A model generated the notes under the pieces. It was given only the letters and a program-made list of their open reading frames with translations. It did no database searches and was not told the origin of the DNA. Below are positions 44,643 through 54,367 of a stretch of 64,000 nucleotides of DNA, one piece after another. Within the stretch, counting starts at the first letter, position 1. Each line of letters opens with the position of its first letter. The position numbers were made by a program, and so were the translations under genes. Origin of the DNA: Pseudomonadales bacterium (GTDB lineage Bacteria > Pseudomonadota > Gammaproteobacteria > Pseudomonadales > Azotimanducaceae); the NCBI GenBank assembly GCA_028281005.1, contig JANQKS010000026.1, forward strand, positions 5,300-69,299, given 5' to 3'.

Positions 44643-44767
44643 ATACGGGGTCTCCCTAGGTATTAAACTGGGTTGCGAACACGGCTGATTAACGTTGTAT
44701 TAAGAATAGGGTACTGAGAGGGTGTGGTGCACCTCGAACTGGGACCATAAACGCACCGATGTAGAGG

Positions 44768-45529
44768 TCAGAACCAACGATGACGGGCGCTGCGTGTGTC
44801 TGTGAGCCGTGCCCGGGCCTGCATGAGATCCGGCCGGCGGAACAGCATCACCAATGCTAACCCAGCAACAAAGCCGCCGATGTGCGCCCAGAACGCCACG
44901 CCTCCGCCGCTTTGCCCCAGGGTGCCGACGCCGGACAGCAGCTGCAGCGCAAACCAATAGCCGAGCATGAGGATTGCCGGTACCGACACGGTGGTGACGT
45001 AGACAAATAAGATAATGAGTAGGTGTACCCGCGCGCGCGGGAAGAGAATGGCGTAGGCGCCCATCACGCCGCCAATTGCACCGGATGCGCCGACCATGGG
45101 CACGGTGCTGGACGTGTCTTGGGCAATCTGCGCCGCCGCCGCGGCCAATCCACACAGCAGATAGAACACCAGGAATCGGCCCGGACCCATGACGTCTTCA
45201 ACGTTGTCGCCGAAGACCCACAAAAACAGCATGTTGCCACCAATGTGCAGCCAGCCGCCGTGGAGGAACATGGAGCTGACCAAGGTGCTGAGCGCACCAT
45301 CACCGTCCAGTCGACAAGCCCAACCGCCGCCCAGGTTTATTTGCGTGCCGCCAACCACGCTGCCCAACAGATCGCCGGGGATCAGCGCGTAGTGGCACAG
45401 GCTCTGCGCCATGGCTTCGGTGGTGCCGAAGCCCTGTACCACAGCCCACACCAATATATTCATGCCAATCAGCACGTAGGTGGCGATGGGTGGCCGCAGT
45501 GTGGGGTTTTCGTCGCGTATCGGAAACAT
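44768..45529 (-). CDS. Rhomboid-family intramembrane serine protease
   Basis: FLHGGWLHIGGNMLFLWVFG, GASGAIGGVMGAY (GxSG), FWAHIGGFVAG. Start moved to ATG 45529 (MFPIRDENP...). Confidence 0.85.
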   Translation of the reverse strand: MFPIRDENPTLRPPIATYVLIGMNILVWAVVQGFGTTEAMAQSLCHYALIPGDLLGSVVGGTQINLGGGWACRLDGDGALSTLVSSMFLHGGWLHIGGNMLFLWVFGDNVEDVMGPGRFLVFYLLCGLAAAAAQIAQDTSSTVPMVGASGAIGGVMGAYAILFPRARVHLLIILFVYVTTVSVPAILMLGYWFALQLLSGVGTLGQSGGGVAFWAHIGGFVAGLALVMLFRRPDLMQARARLTDTRSARHRWF

Positions 45530-45560
45530 ACAGCGCCAGAGGTTGGTGTTTAAATAGACC

Positions 45561-46034
45561 TTACGAGCGCGGTGGTAGTTCCTGCATGTCCTCCCAGGCC
45601 GCCCATACGCGTTTACCATCGGATTTAATTAGGCTGCGCTTAATGTCGGGGTAATGCACAACATCGGTGGCCCACTTTTCACCCCCCATCAGATACACCA
45701 GGTCTTCCGCATAGGGATTGTGCATGCTATGTGCCGGAGACGGCGCCGGGAAACCCATAAAATCACCCGCCGCAATATCAAACTCCTCTTCGCCAATCCG
45801 CGCACGCCCCCGTCCGGAAAGGATATAAAGGAATTCTTCATCCGCGTCGTGGTAGTGGTGGGTGGTGGAATCGTGTCCGGGTTTAATACGCACAATGTGG
45901 ATGCCGATGCGCTGCATCCCGGTGTGAGTGGCCAGGCTGCGACTGTGTCTAATGGCGTTGTAGTTAAACTGATGTTGGGTTTCGGTCTCAGGGAGAGCGT
46001 CGATGGCATCGCGCTGGAGTAGATGTTTGCTCAT
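45561..46034 (-). CDS. Cupin-domain protein
   Basis: PGHDSTTHHYHDADEEFLYILSG...GDFMGFPA matches the two cupin motifs. Confidence 0.7.
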   Translation of the reverse strand: MSKHLLQRDAIDALPETETQHQFNYNAIRHSRSLATHTGMQRIGIHIVRIKPGHDSTTHHYHDADEEFLYILSGRGRARIGEEEFDIAAGDFMGFPAPSPAHSMHNPYAEDLVYLMGGEKWATDVVHYPDIKRSLIKSDGKRVWAAWEDMQELPPRS

Positions 46035-46144
46035 GTTTGGGCTTTTGCTGCAACGGTGCTACCCATGCTAGGACGATGGTGCGACATTGGCCAGAAGCTA
46101 GACTTCACTTAGCTGAACTTAACTGAACTTAGAGCGTGCTGCTG

Positions 46145-47227
46145 TTAGGTCAGGACGTCGGTCAGCGCGTCGAGTAAACGTTGGTTGTCAGCTTCAGTAC
46201 CGACGGTAATCCGCAATCTATTGTCGAGGCGCGGTTGGGCAAAGTAGCGTACCAATACACCTTCGGCTTTTAAGTGGGCATACAGCTCAGCTGCATTCAT
46301 GGCCGCATTGTCGGGTACCTCCGCGAGGAGGAAGTTGGCGGCACTGGACGGTGCTTGCAAACCGAGCTGTGCTAAGTGGTGCTTAAGTTTAGTGCGCTCT
46401 GCCCGCACCTTAGCCCAAGTATCTTCCGCGTAGGCGCGGTCGTGCAGCGCTGCTAAACCTAACACTTGGGAAATGTGGTCAATGTTGTAGCTGTCGCGTG
46501 TTTTACCAACGATCGGGTCGATCAACGTTTGCGGTCCGAGCAAATAACCCAGCCGCAGGCCTGCCAAACTGTACCCTTTGCTGAAGGTGCGCAATATCAG
46601 CACGTTGTCGCATTCAGCAACTAATCTGGTGCTGTCGTAAAGACTGTCCGGGTCGACAAAATCGACGTAAGCCTCATCAATCAGCAACACGCCGCGCAAC
46701 TGCTGCGCCACCTGCGCCAAGGTGTCGACATCGGTCAACGTGCCACTTGGTGCGTGGGGGTTAACCACACAGGTGAGCTGTACATCCCGGGCATTAAGTT
46801 CGTCGGCAAAGTTGTCGGGCAGCTGCCATTCTTCATCCAGCGCCACCTCGGCGATGGGGGCATCGTGGATGTCCGCTAACACCGGATACAGAGAATAACT
46901 GGGCGTAGCCATGCCAAACCCTTTGCCGGGCTCAACGTAGGTGGTGATGGCCAGGCGTAACGCCTCATCACCGCCGTTGGTGACCACCACGTTATCTCGC
47001 TGCAGCCCGTGCAGCTCGGCGATGTACTGACGCAACGCATCCGCGGTAGGTTGTGGGTAGGTGCGCAACTTGCTGACGTCGATCTCAGCCAACGCCCTCT
47101 GTACCGCGGGGCTGGGCGGGTAAGGGTTTTCGTTGGTATTGAGTTTGATGGTGTTGTCATCCTCGGGTTGTTCGCCCGAGGTGTAACCTTGCATGGCGGC
47201 GATGTTTGGCCGCTCATAACGGCTCAC
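46145..47227 (-). CDS. hisC: Histidinol-phosphate aminotransferase
   Basis: LNTNENPYPPSP, TFSKGYSLAGLRLGY (PLP lysine), about 360 aa. Confidence 0.85.
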   Translation of the reverse strand: MSRYERPNIAAMQGYTSGEQPEDDNTIKLNTNENPYPPSPAVQRALAEIDVSKLRTYPQPTADALRQYIAELHGLQRDNVVVTNGGDEALRLAITTYVEPGKGFGMATPSYSLYPVLADIHDAPIAEVALDEEWQLPDNFADELNARDVQLTCVVNPHAPSGTLTDVDTLAQVAQQLRGVLLIDEAYVDFVDPDSLYDSTRLVAECDNVLILRTFSKGYSLAGLRLGYLLGPQTLIDPIVGKTRDSYNIDHISQVLGLAALHDRAYAEDTWAKVRAERTKLKHHLAQLGLQAPSSAANFLLAEVPDNAAMNAAELYAHLKAEGVLVRYFAQPRLDNRLRITVGTEADNQRLLDALTDVLT

Positions 47228-48354
47228 GTATCCGCCTCGCGTGTCCCTGGCTGTGCCGCCGCTGCTGCGTCCGTTGCAGCCGGTTTGCTTTGTAAAATGT
47301 CGCTGTCCACTTCCGGCAGGGCGTCCGCTGGTCCTAACAGATGCGCGATCCAGGCGGTGTCCGGGTTGGCTTCTAACGCTATTTTAGCGGTCATGGTGAG
47401 TGGGACTGACAACAACATGCCAACCGGGCCCAATACCCAACCCCAGACCACCAAGGACAGAAACACCACCAGGGTGGAGAGGCCTAAACCTTTACCCATA
47501 AAACGGGGTTCAACGCCGTTCCCCATCACCACGTTGATGGCAAAGAAACCCACCGCGGTACCGATGGCGGGTCCGGGCCCAAACTGCACCAAGGCCAGCA
47601 ACACCGGCGGGATGGCCGCAATCAAAGAACCGATGGTGGGCACGTAATTCAACAGAAAGGCCAACAACCCCCATAAGATTGGGAAGTCCACGCCGAGGAC
47701 CCACAACATCAGCGTGGCGAGTAGGCCGGTAATGGCGCTGACCGTGGTTTTGATGGCAATGTAGCGATTGACGTTTTCGGCGAAACGCGCGAAATAAGGC
47801 AGATCACGTTCCGGGTCGTTTAATACATCCGAGAGTTTGCGCGGGAAGCTGGCGGCTTCGGCGAGGATAAAAATGACCGTTAAGATGATCAGAAAACTGT
47901 TGCTCAATACCCCGCCTAAGCGTGACAAGGTATTCCCAGCGAGCTCCAACGCGGTATTGGGAGAGAAACTGGCGAACACTGACTGCAACGGATTTGGCAC
48001 CTCAAAACGCGCCGCCCACGGTTCGATAAATGCATTCATGTCAGCCTGGAAGCTCAGCAGGCGCTCTTGGTAGAAAGGTAGCTTGGCGGTGAAGGCGGAC
48101 GCGGACTGCGCCACCATGGCGCCCAACAGCATGACGATAAAAATCATCAGCACCATAACCAGCGGCAAGGCAAAGGTGGCGGGCATACCTTTGCTCTGCA
48201 TCCAGAACATGGGAGTAGCGGCGATGGTGGCGATAAATGCGGCCAACAAGAACGGCACCATCAAATCTTGCGCTGACTTTAAGCCAGCGGCGATGATGAT
48301 GAGGCACGCGACAATCAAAATGCCGCCGCCACGGATGGTTATTTTTTCGCTCAT
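47224..48354 (-). CDS. AI-2E (PerM/YhhT) family transporter
   Basis: About 8-TM protein with LLNYVPTIGSLIAAIPP and GLSTLVVFLSLVVWGWVLGPVGMLLSVPLT, typical of the AI-2E family. 4-bp overlap with hisC. Confidence 0.75.
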   Translation of the reverse strand: MSEKITIRGGGILIVACLIIIAAGLKSAQDLMVPFLLAAFIATIAATPMFWMQSKGMPATFALPLVMVLMIFIVMLLGAMVAQSASAFTAKLPFYQERLLSFQADMNAFIEPWAARFEVPNPLQSVFASFSPNTALELAGNTLSRLGGVLSNSFLIILTVIFILAEAASFPRKLSDVLNDPERDLPYFARFAENVNRYIAIKTTVSAITGLLATLMLWVLGVDFPILWGLLAFLLNYVPTIGSLIAAIPPVLLALVQFGPGPAIGTAVGFFAINVVMGNGVEPRFMGKGLGLSTLVVFLSLVVWGWVLGPVGMLLSVPLTMTAKIALEANPDTAWIAHLLGPADALPEVDSDILQSKPAATDAAAAAQPGTREADT

Positions 48355-48362
48355 CGGTAAGC

Positions 48363-49232
48363 CTAGGCGAACGGCCGCTGGTTGCTGAGACTGGGAATTT
48401 CCGCGCGCACCTGGGCGGCTTGCGCGCCATCGACGGTGGCGATGACATAACCATCTCCGTCGGGCAGCTCAGCGAGCACCTTGCCCCATGGATCAATAAT
48501 CAGCGAATGGCCATAAGACGCGCGGTGTTTGCTGTGTTGGCCGTGTTGAGCCGGTGCGATGACATAACTCTGGCACTCTATGGCACGGGCGCGCAGCAAT
48601 GCGTGCCAGTGCATGGCGCCGGTGGTGGCGGTAAACGCCGAGGGCACCGCCAGCGCTACCGCGCCCAACTGCACCAAACGTTGATATAAAGCGGGAAAGC
48701 GGACATCGTAACACACGGTTAGTCCAAGAATGCCAAAAGGAGTCTGGGTGGTCACCGCTGTCTCGCCCGGGGCGGTTTGTTTCGATTCTTGCAGGCTCGG
48801 CCCGTCGGTGATGTTGACATCAAACAGGTGAATCTTTCGGTACATCGCCTGTATCTCGCCCGCGGCGTCTAAGTAAACGCTGGTGTTGTAACAACGGCCG
48901 CTGTCGTCCGGCATGGCTTCGTGAAACCCGCCTAACAACAGTTCACAGCCGAGCGTACGGGCCAAGTTTTGGCAGCGGCGCAGGATGGGTCCCCCCGCCG
49001 GCAAAGGTTCGAGAATTTCTTGTTTGCCTGCGTGGCGGCCGAGATAGGCAAACGCCTCGGCCCAGCAGATGACGCCGGCGCCTTCGCTGGCGGCTTGGCG
49101 GCTGAGGGTTTCCAGCGTTGTTAAGTTCTTTTCGACGTCCGTGCCGGCACAGTGTTGCACCACGGCTACCTGTTGCGGCACGTAGTCGGCATTGGTGGCG
49201 GCGCTCAAGGCATCACTCATAGCGATGCTCAA
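48363..49232 (-). CDS. Carbon-nitrogen hydrolase (nitrilase/omega-amidase family)
   Basis: ICWAEAF (Glu), YRKIHLFD (Lys), LTVCYDVRFP (Cys) catalytic triad contexts. Confidence 0.85.
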   Translation of the reverse strand: MSIAMSDALSAATNADYVPQQVAVVQHCAGTDVEKNLTTLETLSRQAASEGAGVICWAEAFAYLGRHAGKQEILEPLPAGGPILRRCQNLARTLGCELLLGGFHEAMPDDSGRCYNTSVYLDAAGEIQAMYRKIHLFDVNITDGPSLQESKQTAPGETAVTTQTPFGILGLTVCYDVRFPALYQRLVQLGAVALAVPSAFTATTGAMHWHALLRARAIECQSYVIAPAQHGQHSKHRASYGHSLIIDPWGKVLAELPDGDGYVIATVDGAQAAQVRAEIPSLSNQRPFA

Positions 49233-50422
49233 TCCTCGTCAGGTACGGTACATTCAACCTTCATACCCAGATACTGCTCAATTGCAGGCAAATTGAAGGC
49301 GTCGTCCTCGGAAACAAAACTGATGGAAGTGCCTGTTGCGCCGGCTCTGCCGGTGCGGCCAATTCGGTGGACGTAGTCCTCCGGGTCTTCAGGCAATTCG
49401 TAGTTGATGACGTGGGTTACGCCGTCCACATGAATACCGCGTCCGGCTACGTCAGTGGCCACCAGGTATTTCAATTCTCCGTCTTTAAAGCGGTTTAAAG
49501 TGGACAACCGTTTACGCTGGGGTATATCACCGGCCAACGCTTCGCAAACAACGTTTTTCTTCTGCAGATATTTGACCAAGCGGTGGGTGGAATCCCTGCG
49601 GTTGGTAAACACGATGGCACGCTCGGTGCCCGGTTTCGACACTAAGTCCAACAGCGCCTGATTCTTCTCGTCTTGACCAATCATCCAGAATTTTTGGTCG
49701 ACGGTGTCGGTGGCGACACTTTCCGGTTCGATCACGATGTGTTCCGCGTCGATGGTCCAAGAATTCGCCAGGCGCATGACTTCTTCGTTAAAGGTGGCGG
49801 AAAAGAACAACGTCTGGCGTTTACGCTTGTGCGGTGTCTGGTAGACGATGCGCCGCACATCGGGAATAAAACCCATGTCCAGCATGCGATCTGCTTCGTC
49901 GATCACCAACACTTCCACCTGTCTGAGGGACACTTTGTTGCGGTCTAAGAAGTCGATCAAGCGACCGGGTGTGGCCACCAATAGGTCCACCGGACGCTTT
50001 TCGAGTTTGTCCTGCTGTTTCTGAAAATCCATGCCGCCCACCACACACACGGTGCGCTCACCCATGTATTTGGTGAGTTCTTTGGCGTCGCTTTCGATTT
50101 GTAGCGCCAACTCACGCGTGGGCGCCAAGACCAGCGCGCGCGGGCAGCCGAGCTGCGGTTCGTCTTGCAGCGGTGCCTCCCAACAACGGGTAAACACCGA
50201 GATCAAAAAAGCCGCAGTCTTGCCGGTGCCGGTTTGCGCTTGGCCGGTGACATCATAGTCAGACAGGGCAAACGGCAGGGCTTTGCTCTGGATCGGTGTG
50301 CAGTATTCGTAACCGAGCTCCGCGATGGCCCGCATGAGCGGGTGAGGTAGGGCAAAATCGTGGAAGCGGTCCTTGTCGTCTACTTCCGGAACATCAAACT
50401 CTTCAAGCTTCCAGTCAGTCAT
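49229..50422 (-). CDS. rhlB: DEAD-box ATP-dependent RNA helicase (RhlB-like)
   Basis: Q-motif FHDFALPH...TPIQ, AQTGTGKTAAF, PTRELA, VIDEADRMLDMGF, SAT, HRIGRTGRAG. Collinear with E. coli RhlB as I recall it. The symbol is tentative. Confidence 0.85.
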   Translation of the reverse strand: MTDWKLEEFDVPEVDDKDRFHDFALPHPLMRAIAELGYEYCTPIQSKALPFALSDYDVTGQAQTGTGKTAAFLISVFTRCWEAPLQDEPQLGCPRALVLAPTRELALQIESDAKELTKYMGERTVCVVGGMDFQKQQDKLEKRPVDLLVATPGRLIDFLDRNKVSLRQVEVLVIDEADRMLDMGFIPDVRRIVYQTPHKRKRQTLFFSATFNEEVMRLANSWTIDAEHIVIEPESVATDTVDQKFWMIGQDEKNQALLDLVSKPGTERAIVFTNRRDSTHRLVKYLQKKNVVCEALAGDIPQRKRLSTLNRFKDGELKYLVATDVAGRGIHVDGVTHVINYELPEDPEDYVHRIGRTGRAGATGTSISFVSEDDAFNLPAIEQYLGMKVECTVPDED

Positions 50423-50461
50423 ACAACCTTTCGCGTCTTATTATTGTTGGTATTTTTTGAG

Positions 50462-51745
50462 CTATTGTGGATTGAGCAGTTTTCTTACGCTGGCTAGTTT
50501 CACACAGAGTGTGAGTATTTGCATTGCCGCGCGTAGCTCTTCAAGACTGGCAAAAGTAGGCGCTATACGCACATTACAGTCTTGCGGGTCGTCTCCGTGG
50601 GGGAATGTGGCCCCTGCCGGTGTCAACGTTAAGCCAACTGCTTTGGCCATGCTCACCACTTCGGAGGCTAAGCCTGGCAGCACATCCAGGGACACGAAGT
50701 AACCGCCGATCGGGTTGGTCCACTCCGCAATCTGTAAGTCCCCAAGCTCAGCGTGCAGAATCTCCTGCACGGCGGCAAATTTTGGCTTTAAGATTTCTGC
50801 GTGGGCCTGCATGTGTTGCTGCAAGCGTCCGCGCAGAAAGCGCGCGTGGCGCAGTTGATTCACCTTATCCGGGCCTATCATCATGAAACTCAAGGCGCGT
50901 TCAATGGCCGCCAGCACCGGTTCCGCGGAGGCGACAAACGAAAGGCCACCGCCGGCAAAGGTGATTTTTGAGGTGCTGGCAAATTGCACCACGTGCTCAG
51001 CGCTGCCGGCGTGATGGGCGGCGTCAAAAATCGAAGCCAGTTGGTCGCCTTGGTCGGTGAGCTCGTGGACGGCGTAGGCGTTGTCCCACAATACGACAAA
51101 GTCGTCAGCGGCGGCTTGGTTTGGCAGCTCGGCCATGGCGTGCACGGTGGCGTCGCTATAAGTGCACCCGGTGGGGTTTGAGTACTTTGGCACACACCAA
51201 ATGCCTTTGACGCTTGGATCATCTGCTGCAAGCTGACGCGCTGCCTGCATGTCCGGGCCATCCGCCGAGATGGGAATATTCACCATCTCCACACCCAGCG
51301 CTGCGGTCAGCGCAAAGTGCCGGTCGTAGCCTGGTACCGGTGTTAACACCTTAGAGGCACCATCGTTACTCCAGCGCCGCTCGTCCCCCCATAAACCCTG
51401 CCGCAGCGCCGTGGCTGCACATAGGTGCATAAAAAACAAACTTGAGTTGCCGCCGGCAATCACGTTTGCCGCGGGCACGCCAAGTAATTCTGCGCCGAGC
51501 TCGCGGGCTTCCGGTAAGCCGCGTAAGCCGCCGTAGTTGCGCGTATCGGTGCCGTCGGCGGCGATAAAGTTGCCGTCGATGACCGTGTCCATCGCGTCGG
51601 ATAGGGCAACCTGCTCCGCTGAGGGTTTGCCGCGGCTTAAGTCCAGCGCCAGCTTGTTCGCTGCCACCAGCTCATATTCTTTGTTGAGCGCCGCCTCTAA
51701 GCTGTGCAGTTCTGTTTCAGGGAGTTCTGTGTATGCGTTTGTCAT
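50462..51745 (-). CDS. PLP-dependent aminotransferase (class I/II, PF12897-like aspartate aminotransferase family)
   Basis: LDLSRGKPSAEQVALS N-terminal motif and FASTSKITFAGGG (PLP lysine). 4-bp overlap with argC. Confidence 0.7.
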   Translation of the reverse strand: MTNAYTELPETELHSLEAALNKEYELVAANKLALDLSRGKPSAEQVALSDAMDTVIDGNFIAADGTDTRNYGGLRGLPEARELGAELLGVPAANVIAGGNSSLFFMHLCAATALRQGLWGDERRWSNDGASKVLTPVPGYDRHFALTAALGVEMVNIPISADGPDMQAARQLAADDPSVKGIWCVPKYSNPTGCTYSDATVHAMAELPNQAAADDFVVLWDNAYAVHELTDQGDQLASIFDAAHHAGSAEHVVQFASTSKITFAGGGLSFVASAEPVLAAIERALSFMMIGPDKVNQLRHARFLRGRLQQHMQAHAEILKPKFAAVQEILHAELGDLQIAEWTNPIGGYFVSLDVLPGLASEVVSMAKAVGLTLTPAGATFPHGDDPQDCNVRIAPTFASLEELRAAMQILTLCVKLASVRKLLNPQ

Positions 51746-52683
51746 AGTCCGGTCTGTGGCGGTATGCCTAACATGATATTCAAGTTTTGGACCGCCGCCC
51801 CTGCAGCACCTTTGCCAAGGTTGTCGTAGCGCGCCACTAACAATACCTGTTCGTCGTTGCCAAACACCATCAACTGCATGTTGTTGCTGTCGTTTAAGGT
51901 CGTTGGATCAAGGTAGCCGCCGTCTAACACGTCGCTGCTGTTGTAGGGTAGAACCTCGACAAAACTCTGCCCGGCATAACGGTCCGCCAACACTGCGTGG
52001 ACCTCGGTAGGGGCTGTCCCGTTGAGCTCTTGTTCGCGAAACAACGGCACATGCACCAGCATCCCCTTGTAGTAGTTGGCTACCATGGGAGAGAAAATGG
52101 GTCGCACCTGTGTACCGCTGTAATGGTGCATTTCCGGCACGTGTTTGTGAGTAAGGGTTAGTGCGTAATCGCGGCTGTTCAAAGCATCCGCGGTGGCAGC
52201 GTCAAATGCGCGATAACGTTCCACCATTTGGCGGCCACCGCCGGAGTAACCGGATACCGCATGGCAGCGCAGCGGCGTATCCGCATCAAGGAGGCCTGCC
52301 TCAATGAGTGGCCGCACCAGCAGGATAAAACCTTGTGGATAGCAGCCCGGATTGCTGACGTATTGCGCCTCGGCGAGTTGCTGGGGCTGCTGCGGGCTGA
52401 GCTCAGCAAGGCCGTAAACCCAAGTGTCGGCCACCCGATGTGCGGTACTGGCGTCGAGCATACGGCTTTTACCATCGGCCAGGGCCACAGCTTCGCGGGC
52501 CGCATCATCGGGCAAACACAAGATGCACACATCTGCTGCCTGCAACAGTTCTTGCCTGGCAGCCTCCTGTTTGCGACGCGCAGGGTCAATTTCCAACAAT
52601 TGTAGATCGTGGCGCGTGGCTAAGCGCTCGGCGATCTCCAAACCAGTGGTGCCTGCTTGTCCGTCGATAAATATGGTGGCCAT
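51742..52683 (-). CDS. argC: N-acetyl-gamma-glutamyl-phosphate reductase (short type)
   Basis: MATIFIDGQAGTTGLEI, VSNPGCYPQG (catalytic Cys). Start moved to ATG 52683. Confidence 0.85.
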   Translation of the reverse strand: MATIFIDGQAGTTGLEIAERLATRHDLQLLEIDPARRKQEAARQELLQAADVCILCLPDDAAREAVALADGKSRMLDASTAHRVADTWVYGLAELSPQQPQQLAEAQYVSNPGCYPQGFILLVRPLIEAGLLDADTPLRCHAVSGYSGGGRQMVERYRAFDAATADALNSRDYALTLTHKHVPEMHHYSGTQVRPIFSPMVANYYKGMLVHVPLFREQELNGTAPTEVHAVLADRYAGQSFVEVLPYNSSDVLDGGYLDPTTLNDSNNMQLMVFGNDEQVLLVARYDNLGKGAAGAAVQNLNIMLGIPPQTGL

Positions 52684-52783
52684 GAGCGTACAACCCAAAT
52701 GACTGTGCAAATTTTAAGGGCGCGGAAGTTTACGGCGTTCGGCCGGTGAAGTTAACAGTTATGGGGGAGAAAATGTCGGCAAA

Positions 52784-53662
52784 TCAGGCGCTTGAGCTAA
52801 CACTGCGCCAGAAATTACGCAGCACCCACGCGCACAGCCACAAACTCGCCACGGGCAACAGCAGGGTTTGCAGGAGGAAGATCACGATCAAATTGATGAT
52901 CTCTTCCACACTGTTCTCTACCTGTGCCTCTACCTCGGCGAGCTGTTGTTTGAGATCCAGGGTTTGGCGAGAGGAATCGAGAAAGTCACGAAGTTGGGCC
53001 CCGGTACGGTCAAAAAAGCCCTCCCCCTCAGCCCCCAGGCGGGTGTCTGTGGATTGCTGTTGTAGTTGTTCGATGCTGTTAGAGGCGCTACTGAGGCTGG
53101 CCACGGCTTCGTCTTGTTTGGCGGCTAAAAAAGCCTGATCCACCGCGTGGGTGAGCAGCAACATCGCCGCCAACAAAAAGCGCAAAAACACCACCACCCC
53201 TAAGACTTGCAACACGCGTCCGATGAGTTTGGAGGAGCCGCTTGCGGCGCCAGCGGGCCGCCACAGGACCACCAGGTAGGCCAATACGGCGATGCTCAAA
53301 AGCCCCGATAACCAAGGGGAAGTGACCATCTGGCCGAGGGTCAGTTGTAACCCTAACGAGACGCTGGCGACCAGCGCCAGGGCGCTGAATCGCTCTACCA
53401 GATCGTTAAGCGGGTCGAGGATTTCACCGATGGTTAAGGTCACGCCGATACCCACCGGTTGCACCGCAACTTCGGTGCCTTGGGCGACGGATATCACGCC
53501 GTTAAACCCCCTGGCAATGGCGGCCACGGCCAGCGCGCGTTTGAAATTCTCCAGGGTCGCCGTATTGGCGGCATCGTCCAGATGACGGCTCCAGGAAAGA
53601 ACGGTGAGGGCGATGAGGGCCACGCTGATGACCCACTTTGCCCACAATGGGGGGGTGTGCAA
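52784..53662 (-). CDS. Hypothetical polytopic membrane protein
   Basis: Several TM helices plus a coiled-coil-like SLSSASNSIEQLQQQS...LKQQLAEVEAQVENS segment. No family recognised. Confidence 0.5.
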   Translation of the reverse strand: MHTPPLWAKWVISVALIALTVLSWSRHLDDAANTATLENFKRALAVAAIARGFNGVISVAQGTEVAVQPVGIGVTLTIGEILDPLNDLVERFSALALVASVSLGLQLTLGQMVTSPWLSGLLSIAVLAYLVVLWRPAGAASGSSKLIGRVLQVLGVVVFLRFLLAAMLLLTHAVDQAFLAAKQDEAVASLSSASNSIEQLQQQSTDTRLGAEGEGFFDRTGAQLRDFLDSSRQTLDLKQQLAEVEAQVENSVEEIINLIVIFLLQTLLLPVASLWLCAWVLRNFWRSVSSSA

Positions 53663-53668
53663 TGTCTG

Positions 53669-54268
53669 TTAAGCGACCTTGTTGGCGGGCGCCTTCTTTT
53701 GACTGATGAACAATGATTCTAGCTTTTCTGCGATCACATTGGTCAAGTTGGTGCGGTCTAGGTCCGACATGTTTTCTATGCTGTTGGGATGCACGCGATG
53801 CAGATGCATCACCGGCCAGGATTGCTCCAACTCGCGCAAGTCACCTTTGGCCAGCACGGGCAGGAATGGGTCGTGCGCGGGACGCTGGGAAATGATACGG
53901 CGTAATCCGGCCTCAAAGGGAATTTGGCGAGAGCCTAGCGAACGGTCGTCGTCGACGTTGGCCAAATACAAACCGGTTTTGCCAATCAACTCACCGGGAA
54001 TGACGTACAAACCGGTGGCGGTCACTGCGGTGCGGTCCACATGGTAGAAGGTGTCATGGTATGCACCCGCGTCCGGCAAGATGACCAGTTTGCGGTCCCA
54101 ATCATCCGGGAAAAACATGTTGTAGGTGCTGTAAATTTGCTCCACAGAGGGGGAGAACACACACAAGGTGGTCTCAAATTGCAGCACAAATTCCATGGCT
54201 CGTTGTGCCTGGGCGAAATCATCAAGATCCCAGGCTAGGTCCGAATTAGTAGGTAATTCCGTTGACAT
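53669..54268 (-). CDS. Hypothetical protein
   Basis: 199-aa ORF 6 nt upstream of the previous gene, with coding-like composition. No motif recognised. Confidence 0.5.
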   Translation of the reverse strand: MSTELPTNSDLAWDLDDFAQAQRAMEFVLQFETTLCVFSPSVEQIYSTYNMFFPDDWDRKLVILPDAGAYHDTFYHVDRTAVTATGLYVIPGELIGKTGLYLANVDDDRSLGSRQIPFEAGLRRIISQRPAHDPFLPVLAKGDLRELEQSWPVMHLHRVHPNSIENMSDLDRTNLTNVIAEKLESLFISQKKAPANKVA

Positions 54269-54367
54269 ACCAATTCCTTGTTTCGCGTACCTGCAGTGTA
54301 GCGGGCTGGTGCCGCTGCGAGGCAGCGCTTTTCCCGCGATTTGCGACGCTCGTCACACTTTCACGGA

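Noticed and set aside
46101-46131. Short decamer tandem (GCTGAACTTA / ACTGAACTTA) between the cupin and hisC genes
   Set aside because: It has only two to three imperfect units and no associated structure or gene. It is probably a slippage product of no evident function.
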